Source: Myxococcota bacterium (lineage in GTDB: Bacteria; Myxococcota_A; Polyangia; Nannocystales; Nannocystaceae). From it: a DNA stretch of 64,000 nt. Location: assembly GCA_039028615.1 (NCBI GenBank), contig JBCCHT010000011.1:160001-224000 (forward strand), given 5' to 3'. Under the pieces are notes generated by a model that was given only the letters and a program-made list of their open reading frames with translations, did not search any database and was not told where the DNA came from. The first letter of the stretch is position 1. Every line of letters begins with the position of its first letter. The position numbers and the translations under genes were made by a program. Below, one piece after another: positions 12,523-22,629 of the stretch.

Positions 12523-14687
12523 CGGGGTCGAAGGCTATCAGCCCCGGATGGAACTCGCACCACGTCGGCGAGGCGAGCCGCCACGGCAGGGGCGGCGGAC
12601 TCCAGGGCCGCGAAGGCGTCCGCCTTGGAGCCAGCCACCAGCACGAGCGCGAGCACGGTCTGGGCACGAGCGGGGTCGGTCAGTGCGATCACCCCCCGAC
12701 GCATGCGAGCGGGTTCACCGTCGAGCTCCACAGGCAGTGCCTGCTCGGCCCGAGCGATCGCCTCGTGAGCCCCTCCCTCGGGCAGGTCGCTCAGTCGCGC
12801 GAGCACGAGCATCCCGGCACAGCCTCGGGCCAAGCGACGACCGAGGCCGTGCACCACGTGGCCGAAGTTCGGGCGCACGTTGACCTCGACCATCGGGCGC
12901 AGGTGCAGCGCGCCCTCGCGATCGCGGTAGATCAGACCATCGATGCCAATGGGGCCGTGGTAGCCCAAGCGATGAGCTCGCGCCGCGACGGCACGGGCCA
13001 CGACGTCCGTGACTCGCGACAGCCGCTTGGGATCGCGTCCGTCGTCGTGCAGCCAGCGGGCGACCTCGGGCGACCACGCGCGAGTGATCGGACCGAGCAA
13101 CGCACCGAGGTACTGGCCACGGCGGTCGGTCAGGAACCGGCCCAGGCCATCGATCCGCGGCTCGCCCGAGGGCAACACGGTGATCCGCAGCGACACGTCC
13201 CCCACCCGGTCGAGCCACGGCTCGATCAGCACTGCCCCCTGGATGGCGAGAGTCCGGTCGAGCCAGCCCTGGGTCGGCGTGTCGAGCGACCCGCACGCGC
13301 TGCGTTGCGATCCACGACCCGAGGTCCCGAAGGGCGCCTTCAGTACCACCTGGTCGTAGCCGCGCCCCTGCAGCTCGTTCAGCGCGGCCCGTGCTTCGGC
13401 GGCATCACGGACCACAATGCCCAGGGTGTGAGGCTCGTCGAGCCACGGTTCGTTCAGCTCGCGCACCAACGCCTCTCGCACCGAGGCCCACTCCGTTTTG
13501 GCGTGCAGCGGCGCGTCGGACTCGGGTGGCGGCGGCGAGAGCATGCACCGCTCGGCGAGGCCACCGAGGCAGGCCCGCGCCCGCGGAGCCCAGCCCCAGG
13601 GGCGAAGCTCGGCCAGCCGCGGCGGCAGCGGATCTCGCCGCTCGTCCTGCAGCTGCGCGCGTTCGATCCATTCGGGGAGCACGATGCCGCGCTCGCGCAG
13701 CGCCGTGAGATACGACGGCGAGGGGCCGCGATGCAGCGCCACCACGTCCTCGGGCGCCGCGGCGAAGGCCGGCAGCAGCTCGAGGTCCTCGATCATCGCG
13801 CGCGTGGCCTGCTTGGGCGTGAACGCAGCGCGGGTGCCCAGCTCCAGCTCGGCAGTGGGCTCGAACAGGTGCACCACGGGGGGCCGCCCTCGCGACGACT
13901 CGAAGCACGACACTCGATCGACGTAGTCCGCGGGAAAGCCCGCGCGGCGCCGGCCCTCGCGATCGAAGCCCAGGCCTCGCGCCCGCCGAGGCGTGACCGG
14001 AGAGCGCAGCGTCTGGCGGTGAGCCTCGAACAGCGACGGCCCCTTGGGGCGCCAGCGATCGAACCACACCCGACCCAGGCGTACGTGGCCGACCTCGTCG
14101 TCGTAGACCTCGTCCAAGATCCTCGCGCTGCGCGGGTCGTCGCAGGCCCGCAGCGTCTGCGCGTAGCTTCGGGCGAAGTCGAGGTTGGCCTGCTCGAAGG
14201 TCAGTGACATGTGGGCCACGAAGTCGAGCGGGCTCGGCATCGGGGCCATGACTCGCCAGAAGAATCCGCTGAGCGGCTGCTCGCCGAGCTCGACCCCCAG
14301 CTCCTTCATGCGCTCGAGGTAGAGGCCGAAGTGGCGTTGCTCGTCCTTCAACGCGTGGGCCAAGCCGCGACGGAACGACCGCGGTGCATCCACGAAGCGC
14401 AGCAAGGACAGCGCCATCAGCTCCATCGCGAGCAGCTCGTGGTTGGCGAACATGTGCAGCAGCCGACCCCGGGCGTGGGCGTCGTGCAGCTGCGCGTCGC
14501 TGGGCACGGCGGTGGTGGCGTTGCTGGGCGCGAGGCCTCGCGGGCGACCGGGCAGCGATGGAACCTCGATCGGCGACCCTTGCTCGTCGTCGTCGAAGAC
14601 CCGCGGCGCCCACTGCTTGTCCGCGAGCGTCGTGCCGAACAGCACCCGCTCTGCCCACGACCGCAGCTGTGTCTCCGTCCCCATCAA
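12519..14687 (-). CDS. Ferritin-like (DUF455-type) di-iron domain fused to an ATP-grasp-like domain
   Basis: N-terminal [27 protein letters not shown]-terminal [35 protein letters not shown]. Confidence 0.75.
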   Translation of the reverse strand: MMGTETQLRSWAERVLFGTTLADKQWAPRVFDDDEQGSPIEVPSLPGRPRGLAPSNATTAVPSDAQLHDAHARGRLLHMFANHELLAMELMALSLLRFVDAPRSFRRGLAHALKDEQRHFGLYLERMKELGVELGEQPLSGFFWRVMAPMPSPLDFVAHMSLTFEQANLDFARSYAQTLRACDDPRSARILDEVYDDEVGHVRLGRVWFDRWRPKGPSLFEAHRQTLRSPVTPRRARGLGFDREGRRRAGFPADYVDRVSCFESSRGRPPVVHLFEPTAELELGTRAAFTPKQATRAMIEDLELLPAFAAAPEDVVALHRGPSPSYLTALRERGIVLPEWIERAQLQDERRDPLPPRLAELRPWGWAPRARACLGGLAERCMLSPPPPESDAPLHAKTEWASVREALVRELNEPWLDEPHTLGIVVRDAAEARAALNELQGRGYDQVVLKAPFGTSGRGSQRSACGSLDTPTQGWLDRTLAIQGAVLIEPWLDRVGDVSLRITVLPSGEPRIDGLGRFLTDRRGQYLGALLGPITRAWSPEVARWLHDDGRDPKRLSRVTDVVARAVAARAHRLGYHGPIGIDGLIYRDREGALHLRPMVEVNVRPNFGHVVHGLGRRLARGCAGMLVLARLSDLPEGGAHEAIARAEQALPVELDGEPARMRRGVIALTDPARAQTVLALVLVAGSKADAFAALESAAPAVAARLADVVRVPSGADSLRPR

Positions 14688-14747
14688 AGCGCTCGGAAGA
14701 CCGAGCTAGCACGCTTCACTCCGCTCGAGCTGGCGCTCGCTGCGGCA

Positions 14748-14762
14748 TTGATTTTAAATCAA
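14748..14762. promoter_or_regulatory. AT-rich palindrome TTGATTTTAAATCAA, candidate operator between divergent genes
   Basis: TTGATTT-T-AAATCAA dyad inside a strikingly AT-rich intergenic patch. Confidence 0.45.
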
Positions 14763-14828
14763 AAAGCCAACATCCACCGGATCAATAACTATCTTTTCTA
14801 ACGCACACGGCGTAGTCTCGGAGGGTCG

Positions 14829-15794
14829 ATGCCTCCTCGAGCCCACCTCCGGCCGGGCGCAGCCCGGATGCTGCTCACCGCGACGCTATGCGCCGTCACG
14901 GCCTGCGGACCCACGCTGACCCCCGTCGGCGACTCGGCGGCAGACGAGACCGACACCGCCCCGGGCACCTCGACCGGACCGGGCCTCACCAGCGGCGTGT
15001 CGACCACGAACCCGAATCCATCGACGTCGACCTCGACCTCCACGTCGACAGCCGCCGATCCCGACGACGGCTCCGACGGCGAGGTGGACCCCCCGACCGA
15101 CACGCCGATCATCCCCTGCAACTTCTTCGAGCAGGACTGCGGCGAAGGGCTCAAGTGTGTGCCCTTCGGATTCGCCGACGACGAGCACTGGACCGGCCTG
15201 CGCTGCGTACCCGTGGCGCGAGACGAGCAGTTCCCCGGCGACGCGTGCACGATGCAGGACCATGCACTCAGTGGTTTCGACGATTGCGATGCCACCTCCA
15301 TGTGCGCCCAGCTCGACGACACGCTCGCAGGCCGATGCCTCTCGTTCTGCCAGGCCGACGAGTTCAATCCGATCTGCCAAGACCCCGACACGCAGTGCGT
15401 ACTGGACGAAGGACCTTCGGGTCTGTGCTTCGTGAGCTGCGACCCCCTCATTCAAGACTGTGACGAGGGCATGGGCTGCTACCCGCCCTTCGACCCGCGC
15501 GAAGGCCCCTCCGAGCAACACCCGGTGTGCATGCGCAACACTTCGATGGGCATGGCTGGCCCCGGCGATCCCTGCGACGAGATCAACGAGTGCGCCATCG
15601 GATCGTTCTGCGCCGAAGCGAGCCGTGTGCCCGGGTGCGAAGGACCGAATGGTTGCTGCACCTCCTTTTGCGACCTGTTCATCCCCGAGCCACGCACGCA
15701 GTGTCTCGAAGGCCAGCTTTGTCGCATCCAGTACACCGACCCGTGGGGTCGACAAGCGTGGGGTGCGTGCTCGACCGAGCCCTGGCCTCTTTGA
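14829..15794 (+). CDS. Cys-rich myxobacterial lipoprotein
   Basis: VTAC lipobox; Ser/Thr linker; repeated CNFFEQDC/CDPLIQDC..GLKC/GMGC units; GCCTSFCD. Confidence 0.8.
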   Translation: MPPRAHLRPGAARMLLTATLCAVTACGPTLTPVGDSAADETDTAPGTSTGPGLTSGVSTTNPNPSTSTSTSTSTAADPDDGSDGEVDPPTDTPIIPCNFFEQDCGEGLKCVPFGFADDEHWTGLRCVPVARDEQFPGDACTMQDHALSGFDDCDATSMCAQLDDTLAGRCLSFCQADEFNPICQDPDTQCVLDEGPSGLCFVSCDPLIQDCDEGMGCYPPFDPREGPSEQHPVCMRNTSMGMAGPGDPCDEINECAIGSFCAEASRVPGCEGPNGCCTSFCDLFIPEPRTQCLEGQLCRIQYTDPWGRQAWGACSTEPWPL

Positions 15795-15922
15795 CGCGTC
15801 GTCGCGAGTTCGAGATCGCCCGCGGCCCCGGGGAATCACACGCTCGCGCCGTGTGATCTGATGCACCCGTGCCGCGGGACGCGACGCATGGCCGACCAAG
15901 TCCTGCGTGCTAGCGTCCGCGC

Positions 15923-17485
15923 ATGGTTTCCACTATTCGAGGACGCGCCCTGCACTGGGGCGTGATCGCGGCCCTGGCCACCGGTTGCGGCGACGATGCC
16001 GTCGATCCCGATACCGGCGCGGGCACGGAGGGCTCCGCCACCAACTCCACCGGGCCGGGCACGACCGACGACACGGGCGCGGATTCGGGAACGGGCACGG
16101 GCACGGGCACAGGCAGCTCGGGCGACGCCGTCGACGACACCACGACCGGTGGCACCACCGACGCCGCGACGGACACGGGCACCGACTCCGGCACGGACAC
16201 GGGCACCGAGACGGGTGAAGAGTCCTCGTCGAGCGAAGAGGGCAGCACCGATACCGGCATGATGGCCGAGGGCTGCTACGACCCCGCCGGCTATCCCTAT
16301 GCCGGTGGACTGTGCGGTCCGCTGGGCTCGCCGTGCTCGATCCTCATCGACGAGCAGCTCGACGGCGAGCACTTCCGCAACGACGCGCCCTCGGTGACGC
16401 TCGATGACGACTGCGAGCCGCAGGTGCTCTACTCGGTGGCCGAGGGCGGCTTCGTGGGGCACTTCGCCCAGCGCACCGGTCCCGATACCTGGGACGACCA
16501 GCTCACCCCCTTCGAGATCGCGACCGGCGGGGCGGTGTTCGACCCGACCACGGGCGACACCCTCACGGTGACCGACGACGGTGCCTTCGGCATCGAGGCG
16601 TGGCGCTGGGACGGCGCGTGGACCATGGAGGACGCCGTCAGCCCCTACCACCTCAACACGCACGGCGTGGGCCAGCCCGCCGACGGCACCGTGCACGTGG
16701 CCCTGCGCACCGACGGCAGCGATCTACGACACGGGCACCTGGACGGGACCTTCACGTTCCAGGACATCGACATGCAGGCGCAATCGGCCTCGATCGCGGT
16801 CGGCCCCGGCGGTGCGCCTCACCTCGCGTACTGGCGCAGCAATGCCGGCTGGGATATGTGGTGGGCGCTCGCGGGGCAAGCCCCCGAGCTCGTGGTCCCC
16901 GCGGCGAGCAGCGTCCTCGAGCTCAGCCAGCGGGCGGTGGCCACCGTCGACGCCGGCGGCGACGGGACGCCCCACCTGACCTTCGCCACCCGCACCGCGC
17001 CCGATGGCCTGCACGAGGTCGTGCACGCCACCCGCACCGCGCCTGGGGTCTGGGACGTCACCCCCGTGGCCAGCGAAGACCCCACCATGAACACGCTGTG
17101 CAACACCATCCCGGTCATGGCGGGGCAGCAGTGCATGTACGACTACGTCCGCGTGCGCCCGCTCGACATCGTGGCCAGCGACGGCGGCGACGTGCGGGTG
17201 CTCTACGCCCGCGACCACCACCAGGGCACCCTGCAGGCGGTGTGCATGCCCGGCCCGGGCGGCGGCTTCTGTAGCTGGAACTCGTTCATCGACAACGACA
17301 CCTCCGACCTGCACATCGCCTGGCCCGAGGCGGGCGGCGGCTTCGCCAATGCCGTGCTCGTGAGCGATACCTGGGTGCGCAGCATGACCGCCCAGATCGA
17401 CATCGACGGGCAGCTCCACATCGCCGCCTACGTCGGCCGGGGCAACACCGCGGTCCGCTACTTCCGCATCGGCGAACGCACCTGA
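15923..17485 (+). CDS. Lipoprotein with Thr/Gly-rich linker and beta-propeller-like repeats
   Basis: LATGC lipobox; TGTGTGTG linker; recurring D-x-x-G-x-P-H-L/V-A/S-Y units. Confidence 0.75.
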   Translation: MVSTIRGRALHWGVIAALATGCGDDAVDPDTGAGTEGSATNSTGPGTTDDTGADSGTGTGTGTGSSGDAVDDTTTGGTTDAATDTGTDSGTDTGTETGEESSSSEEGSTDTGMMAEGCYDPAGYPYAGGLCGPLGSPCSILIDEQLDGEHFRNDAPSVTLDDDCEPQVLYSVAEGGFVGHFAQRTGPDTWDDQLTPFEIATGGAVFDPTTGDTLTVTDDGAFGIEAWRWDGAWTMEDAVSPYHLNTHGVGQPADGTVHVALRTDGSDLRHGHLDGTFTFQDIDMQAQSASIAVGPGGAPHLAYWRSNAGWDMWWALAGQAPELVVPAASSVLELSQRAVATVDAGGDGTPHLTFATRTAPDGLHEVVHATRTAPGVWDVTPVASEDPTMNTLCNTIPVMAGQQCMYDYVRVRPLDIVASDGGDVRVLYARDHHQGTLQAVCMPGPGGGFCSWNSFIDNDTSDLHIAWPEAGGGFANAVLVSDTWVRSMTAQIDIDGQLHIAAYVGRGNTAVRYFRIGERT

Positions 17486-17541
17486 GCGGGCGCTGATGGG
17501 CGCCATGGAGGCGTCGCGGCCGGCCCTCGCCTGAGGTACGG

Positions 17542-19725
17542 TTGCGGCGCGCTCCCGTGTCCGGTCCTTCCTCGAAACTCTGGTGGCAGCGCCCAGGCAT
17601 CTGGGCCCTCGTCCTCGCGATCATCGTCATCGCGATCAACCTCGCCTCCATGGCCTCGACCGGGGCCTGGGATCCCTGGGAGACCCACTACGGGGAAGTC
17701 GCCCGGCAGATCCTGCTGCGCCACGATCCCATCGACCTGTGGTGGCAGGCCGGCAACGGGGGCCCCGACGCCACCGCCGAGAAGACCTTCTGGTCCAAGC
17801 CCGCCCTGCCCTACTGGCTGATGGCGCTGAGCATGAAGGTCTTCGGCGTGGGCACCTCGGCCGACCCGGCCGAGATGGTGCAGCCCTTCTGGCCGGAGTT
17901 CGCCATTCGTCTGCCCAGCATGCTGGCCGGGCTCGGCAGCGCGGCCCTGCTCGGCTGGGTCGCGTGGCGGCAGGTCTCGCCGCGGGCGGGCATCGTCACC
18001 GCCCTGGTCCTGGCCACCATGCCGCAGTGGGCCATCGCCACCCGCCAGGCCCTCACCGACATGATCTTCGTGGGCCCGGTGGTGGTCGCGATGGCGGCGT
18101 GGATCCTCGCGTGGGGTGAGCCCGATCGCCCACTGAAACGCCGAGGCAAGGGCTGGAAGAGCCTGCCCTGGGACCGCGCCCACCTCGGCTTCGTGGTGAT
18201 GCTGCTGGTGTGCGCCGTCGCGCCGCTGGCCGTCATCCACCAGCACTCGTTCGACCCGTTCACCTGGTCTCGGCTCGGCAAGATCACCCGCTTCGCCAAC
18301 GCGCTGCGCGAGATCCAGACCCACATGTTCGTCTACTGGGCGCTGGTCGTGGTGGTGCTCGTGGCCAGCCTGCGCTGGAAACGACGCAGCCAGGCGTGGA
18401 TGGGCGTGCTGTACATCGCCGCCGGCCTGTCGCTACTCGGCAAGGGCATGATCGGCCCCGGCCTCGTGGGCGCGGTGGTGCTGGTGCATCTCATCGTCAC
18501 CGGGCGCTGGGATCTGCTGCGCCGCTGTGGGCTCCCCACGGGCATCCTGCTCTTCGCCCTCGCCTCGTTCCCCTGGCACCACGCCATGACCCTGTTCCGC
18601 GGCGAACGGTGGGTCAACGAGCTCATCATCCAGAACAACCTCGCGCGCTTCGGCAGCGGCGAGCAGAAGCAGGCGGTGGGCTCGTTCGCGTTCTATCTCG
18701 AGACGCTGGGCATCGCCGCGCTGCCCTGGATCGCCGTGGTCCCGCTGGCCCTCGCGTCGGCGTTCCGGGCGTTCCGAGGCGGCATCGAGCCCGAAGCGGA
18801 GCCCGCAAAGACCGATGCCGACGCAGAGTCGGGCGAACACGCCGACTCGGACGAGGACTCCGAAGCCACCGAAGCCGAGTCCACGCCGCCGTCGGACTTC
18901 ATCGACTACTCGCTCGCCCAGACGCCGGCCCAGGTCCGACGCACGCTGCATCAGTACGCGCTGCTGTGGTTCGCCGTCTCGCTGTTCGCCATCGGCTACA
19001 GCGTCACCAAGTATTACCACTACCTCCTGCCCAGCCTGCCTCCGCTCGCGCTGCTCGTCGGTCTGTGGATCGAGCAACGCATTCGAGACCACGCCGCCGA
19101 GCGCAAGGCCTCCCGCGGCGCCCTGCTCGTGGGCTGCGTCGTGGGGCTGGCGATCTTGGTGGCCGTCGTTCGCGATGCGTTCAACACCACCGCCTGGCTC
19201 GCCCACCTCACCACCTACCTGTACACAGGCCTGTGGCGCTCGGGCGGCCCCGCCGTGGATGCGCTGCCCTGGCTGGTTGCCCCCTTCGGCCTCGCCCTCG
19301 TGGCCTGGATGCTCGCCCGCTACCGCGTGGCGCTGGTCGGCTTCCTGCTGTCCGGGCTGCTGACCACGGGCTGGGTGATCGTCGACTACCTACCCGCCGC
19401 CTCCGAGAACTGGTCGCAGCGCAGCGCCCTGCGGATCTACTTCGATCAGCGTGGGCCCAACGATCGCCTCGTGAGCTGGTGGTTCTACTACCGGGGCGAG
19501 ACCTGGTTCTCCAAGGGCGACATCTGGGTGATGAAGGACGTCAACCGCAAGGAGCTCGGCGCCCTGTTCCAGGAGTTCGAGGGACAGGACGCCAACCTGT
19601 GGCTGATCACCATCGAGCCCCACGCCCGCCGCCTGCAGGGGCAAGTCCCTCGCCACCTCCGCTCGGAGATCGAGGTCATGTACCAGAGCTTTCACTACGT
19701 GTTGCTCCGGGTCCACGTGCCGTAG
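17542..19725 (+). CDS. ArnT/PMT-like (GT39/GT83) integral membrane glycosyltransferase
   Basis: WDPWETHYGEVAR, FWSKPALPYW, IRLPS, LLGKG, TKYYHYLLP; many TM helices. Confidence 0.85.
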   Translation: MRRAPVSGPSSKLWWQRPGIWALVLAIIVIAINLASMASTGAWDPWETHYGEVARQILLRHDPIDLWWQAGNGGPDATAEKTFWSKPALPYWLMALSMKVFGVGTSADPAEMVQPFWPEFAIRLPSMLAGLGSAALLGWVAWRQVSPRAGIVTALVLATMPQWAIATRQALTDMIFVGPVVVAMAAWILAWGEPDRPLKRRGKGWKSLPWDRAHLGFVVMLLVCAVAPLAVIHQHSFDPFTWSRLGKITRFANALREIQTHMFVYWALVVVVLVASLRWKRRSQAWMGVLYIAAGLSLLGKGMIGPGLVGAVVLVHLIVTGRWDLLRRCGLPTGILLFALASFPWHHAMTLFRGERWVNELIIQNNLARFGSGEQKQAVGSFAFYLETLGIAALPWIAVVPLALASAFRAFRGGIEPEAEPAKTDADAESGEHADSDEDSEATEAESTPPSDFIDYSLAQTPAQVRRTLHQYALLWFAVSLFAIGYSVTKYYHYLLPSLPPLALLVGLWIEQRIRDHAAERKASRGALLVGCVVGLAILVAVVRDAFNTTAWLAHLTTYLYTGLWRSGGPAVDALPWLVAPFGLALVAWMLARYRVALVGFLLSGLLTTGWVIVDYLPAASENWSQRSALRIYFDQRGPNDRLVSWWFYYRGETWFSKGDIWVMKDVNRKELGALFQEFEGQDANLWLITIEPHARRLQGQVPRHLRSEIEVMYQSFHYVLLRVHVP

Positions 19726-19746
19726 CGGCCGCGGTGGCGAACGGGC

Positions 19747-20520
19747 TCAGGCCCCGAGCGCGGCCTGCTGCGGTGCCGCCTCGAGCAGCGCGGGCTGACG
19801 CTTGACGTAGCTCCAGCTGCGCTTGAGCGCGGCGCGTTGGTTGGGCTGCAGGTGCTTGCCCGCGACCCGCCGCGAGATGCCGTTGCGCTGGCTGTCGACG
19901 GCGAGGCCGAAGCAGGCCTCGGGCATGGAAAGGCCCGCGCGCAGCGACTTGAGGTCGATGCCGCAGCCGCCCCCACAGCACGCACTTTCGTAGACATAGG
20001 CGCCGTTGGCCACCCACACGCCCAGGCCCAGCACGATGGCGGCGAGCTCGGCGTCACCTTCCAGGTCCTCGGGGTCATCGACGAGCGAACCGCCGGCCAA
20101 GTGCACGGCGATGCGACCGAGCTCGCGGGCCACACTGCCGAGCGCCAGCTCGGGCACCTTGAAGATGGCGGGCACGGCGACGATCACCAGGTCGTTGCTC
20201 TTGGCGAAGGTGTGCACCATCTGCCCGACGGGATTGCCCAGCGGCTCGTAGCCGTGCTTCGAAGGCGGATCGTCGGGGTCGAGTTCGACCAAACTGAACT
20301 CGACATCCTTTTGGCCGATCTCCGCTTGCACGCCGCACATCAGCTCGAACAGGTCGTCGAGATCGCGCGGCTCGTCGATCGTGGTCTTGGTGATCAGACG
20401 ACCCTTGCGAGCCGCCGGACCGAGCCGTGCCGCGTGATCACGGAGGCCGTCGGCGACCCATGCGCGGGCATCATCAGAGGGCAGGAAGTCTACGTTCGGC
20501 GTGTCGGAAAACCCCAACAT
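19747..20520 (-). CDS. Hypothetical protein, possibly a degenerate zincin-like fold with a CCGGGC motif
   Basis: VARELGR sits where AHELGH would be expected; followed by AIVLGLGVWVAN; CCGGGCG. Confidence 0.65.
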   Translation of the reverse strand: MLGFSDTPNVDFLPSDDARAWVADGLRDHAARLGPAARKGRLITKTTIDEPRDLDDLFELMCGVQAEIGQKDVEFSLVELDPDDPPSKHGYEPLGNPVGQMVHTFAKSNDLVIVAVPAIFKVPELALGSVARELGRIAVHLAGGSLVDDPEDLEGDAELAAIVLGLGVWVANGAYVYESACCGGGCGIDLKSLRAGLSMPEACFGLAVDSQRNGISRRVAGKHLQPNQRAALKRSWSYVKRQPALLEAAPQQAALGA

Positions 20521-20751
20521 CGCTCGGCAGCATAGCCGCCGGTCGGAAGGCCTGCCACGGGCGGGGTCGCGGTTTACCCCCGGCCGCCCCGAGGTCCGAC
20601 ACGGCCCGAAACCGGCCCAGCGATTGCGGGAAACGTCCGGCAGGTCACACTTTATGTAGGGCTTTGTTCGCCCTCGATTCGTAGAGGTAGCGGCATCTCT
20701 TACCCATCACACAGCGTTTTGCGAGCCAGGCGCCGCGGGGACCAACCCACC

Positions 20752-21552
20752 GTGAGCCGCCCGTTCGCAGACGCAGTCGCACAGTCGCGCCTTGCGCGCA
20801 ACGGACGACTGCTGCCCCGCTTGGGCCTGTGGCTCGGCGTCGTGGCTCTATGGATGGGCATCGGCCTGCTGCCGAGCACGGCGGAGGCCCGCGGGCGCCG
20901 CGTGGTGCCCGATCTCCGCAACCCGTCCGAGGTCAGCCTGCACGCCAATCGGCGCATGACCACCGTCGGGCTCACCGTGCACGTGGCCTCGAGAGACGGC
21001 GTACCCGTCGCCTCGCGCCGTCAGATCGTGCAGTGGATCGAGCGCGCCAACGAGGCCCTCGACCCCTTCGACATCGAGGTCCAGCTCCATCGGCAAGTGC
21101 CGATGACCGGCTACACCCGCGTCACCCGTCGCAAGCAGCGGCGACAGCTCGCCTCCATGGCCGAGTACGACGGCACGATCCACGTGTTCGTGGTCGAGAG
21201 CCTCGACGAGCTTCGCGTCGCGGGCCTGCGGCGCCGGGTTCGTGGCCTGCACTGGCGCTACCGCGGCCTCAGCCGAGAGTACCGCCAGCGCGAGTACGTG
21301 GTCGTCACCCTCGGTGCCCCTCGCACCACCTTCGCCCACGAGATCGGCCACCTGCTCGGCCTGCGCCACAGCAACGACGATCGCAACATCATGTGCAGCT
21401 GTCGGCGAGGCTCCAACCTTCGCTTCAACGAAGAACAAGGCGCCATCATGAAGGTCGGCGTGGGTCGCTTCCTGTCCCGACAGCAGCAAGCCCAAGCCCG
21501 CGTGCAGGGTCAGCGCCGCCGCAACCTCGACCGCGCCCGTCGTCGGCCCTGA
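20752..21552 (+). CDS. Secreted metzincin (matrixin-like) metallopeptidase
   Basis: HEIGHLLGLRH zinc motif with Met-turn NIM; signal peptide ending AEA. Start uncertain. Confidence 0.8.
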   Translation: MSRPFADAVAQSRLARNGRLLPRLGLWLGVVALWMGIGLLPSTAEARGRRVVPDLRNPSEVSLHANRRMTTVGLTVHVASRDGVPVASRRQIVQWIERANEALDPFDIEVQLHRQVPMTGYTRVTRRKQRRQLASMAEYDGTIHVFVVESLDELRVAGLRRRVRGLHWRYRGLSREYRQREYVVVTLGAPRTTFAHEIGHLLGLRHSNDDRNIMCSCRRGSNLRFNEEQGAIMKVGVGRFLSRQQQAQARVQGQRRRNLDRARRRP

Positions 21553-21596
21553 GCCGCGCGAGGCGGCTACTCGAGCAGCGCTCGCAGCTCGTCGCG
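21552..21596. repeat. Left copy of an exact 45-bp direct repeat
   Basis: agccgcgcgaggcggctactcgagcagcgctcgcagctcgtcgcg, identical to 25909-25953. Confidence 0.95.
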
Positions 21597-21672
21597 CGAC
21601 ACGGCAACCTGAGCCGCGCAGGGCCGCTAGTCATGCCGCGCCGCACCACCCACAGATTTCCCACGCTAGGTT

Positions 21673-22629
21673 CTACTCGACCAGCACCCTCGTACCGCAA
21701 AACCGATGCTGCGGAAGCACACGCCGTTTCGGCGGACGCCTACTCATCACATGAAGGTACGTCACAGATGCTTCCAAGAGCGCCACAACACCCAGTGCTA
21801 GAGCGTGCGGTTTTGGACCGAGAGGAACGAGACAGAAGTTTGACTCCGAACCGCGTGGCACCAACTCCCGAACGGCAGTAGCGACATCAACTACAGCCTC
21901 CAACGGAGCACGTACCACATTGCGGGCCTGCTCCAACACCAAGCTATTCGTCTCGAGCACTCTGCCAACCGAACTCGCTTCCACTCCAGGATCAGCCAAC
22001 AATGCGTGAACGGCATGAGGTTGAAGCACCTCCAGCAACGCCCCCGACTGAGCACCATCGTAGCCCAAGCCGATCAAAAACTCCTCACGATCGCTTTCAA
22101 TGCCAGCCCCTTCGAAACCAGGAATCGCATAGATATCATCGACCTCCGCGGCATCCCAGTTTCCACAGTCATCGCGTTGGCCCAGATCATACACAAACAC
22201 GACTTCTGCAGGAGCAACAAGACACGCCAACGAAAGCATGCCAACATAGTACGGCTTCGGAAAGCAGCTGTAGTCGACAAGAACCCGAGCCATTCCGTCG
22301 CGTCGCTCCGACACAAGGCGACGGACCTCACGAAAGCACCGTGCGTAATGCGCAATCGGGAGTTCGAGGACATCCGGCATAATCCGGCGCATCTCAACGT
22401 CAACGTTCCTGCGAACATTGTCGTCTTTTCTCTCCTCGAACAGCACCCCCAACCCAACACCCGAGAAAACCCTACGAAACCGAGAAAAAGCTGAACGAGC
22501 TCTTGGCTCAAAGCTCGATGCAGCTAACGCAACATCAAACTCAGAGTCTTCAATCTCCTCAATTTCCTCATGCGTAAGGTCTGAGACTACAACCTGCCGC
22601 CCCCGCCATCGGCCAACCAAACTACTCAC
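21673..22629 (-). CDS. Uncharacterised protein, predicted tandem CARF-like Rossmann domains
   Basis: GTG at 22629 with GGGAGG 5 nt upstream; overlaps the ATPase stop by 8 nt. Two similar halves: ALAASSFEPR..VLVDYSCFPKP..VFVY and LIGLGYDG..LVPLGPKP..TYLHV. Confidence 0.7.
   Translation of the reverse strand: MSSLVGRWRGRQVVVSDLTHEEIEEIEDSEFDVALAASSFEPRARSAFSRFRRVFSGVGLGVLFEERKDDNVRRNVDVEMRRIMPDVLELPIAHYARCFREVRRLVSERRDGMARVLVDYSCFPKPYYVGMLSLACLVAPAEVVFVYDLGQRDDCGNWDAAEVDDIYAIPGFEGAGIESDREEFLIGLGYDGAQSGALLEVLQPHAVHALLADPGVEASSVGRVLETNSLVLEQARNVVRAPLEAVVDVATAVRELVPRGSESNFCLVPLGPKPHALALGVVALLEASVTYLHVMSRRPPKRRVLPQHRFCGTRVLVE

Noticed and set aside
16020..16260. Short tandem acgggc-type repeats resembling an array
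   Set aside because: These encode the Thr/Gly linker of a lipoprotein; there is no repeat-spacer structure, so not CRISPR.
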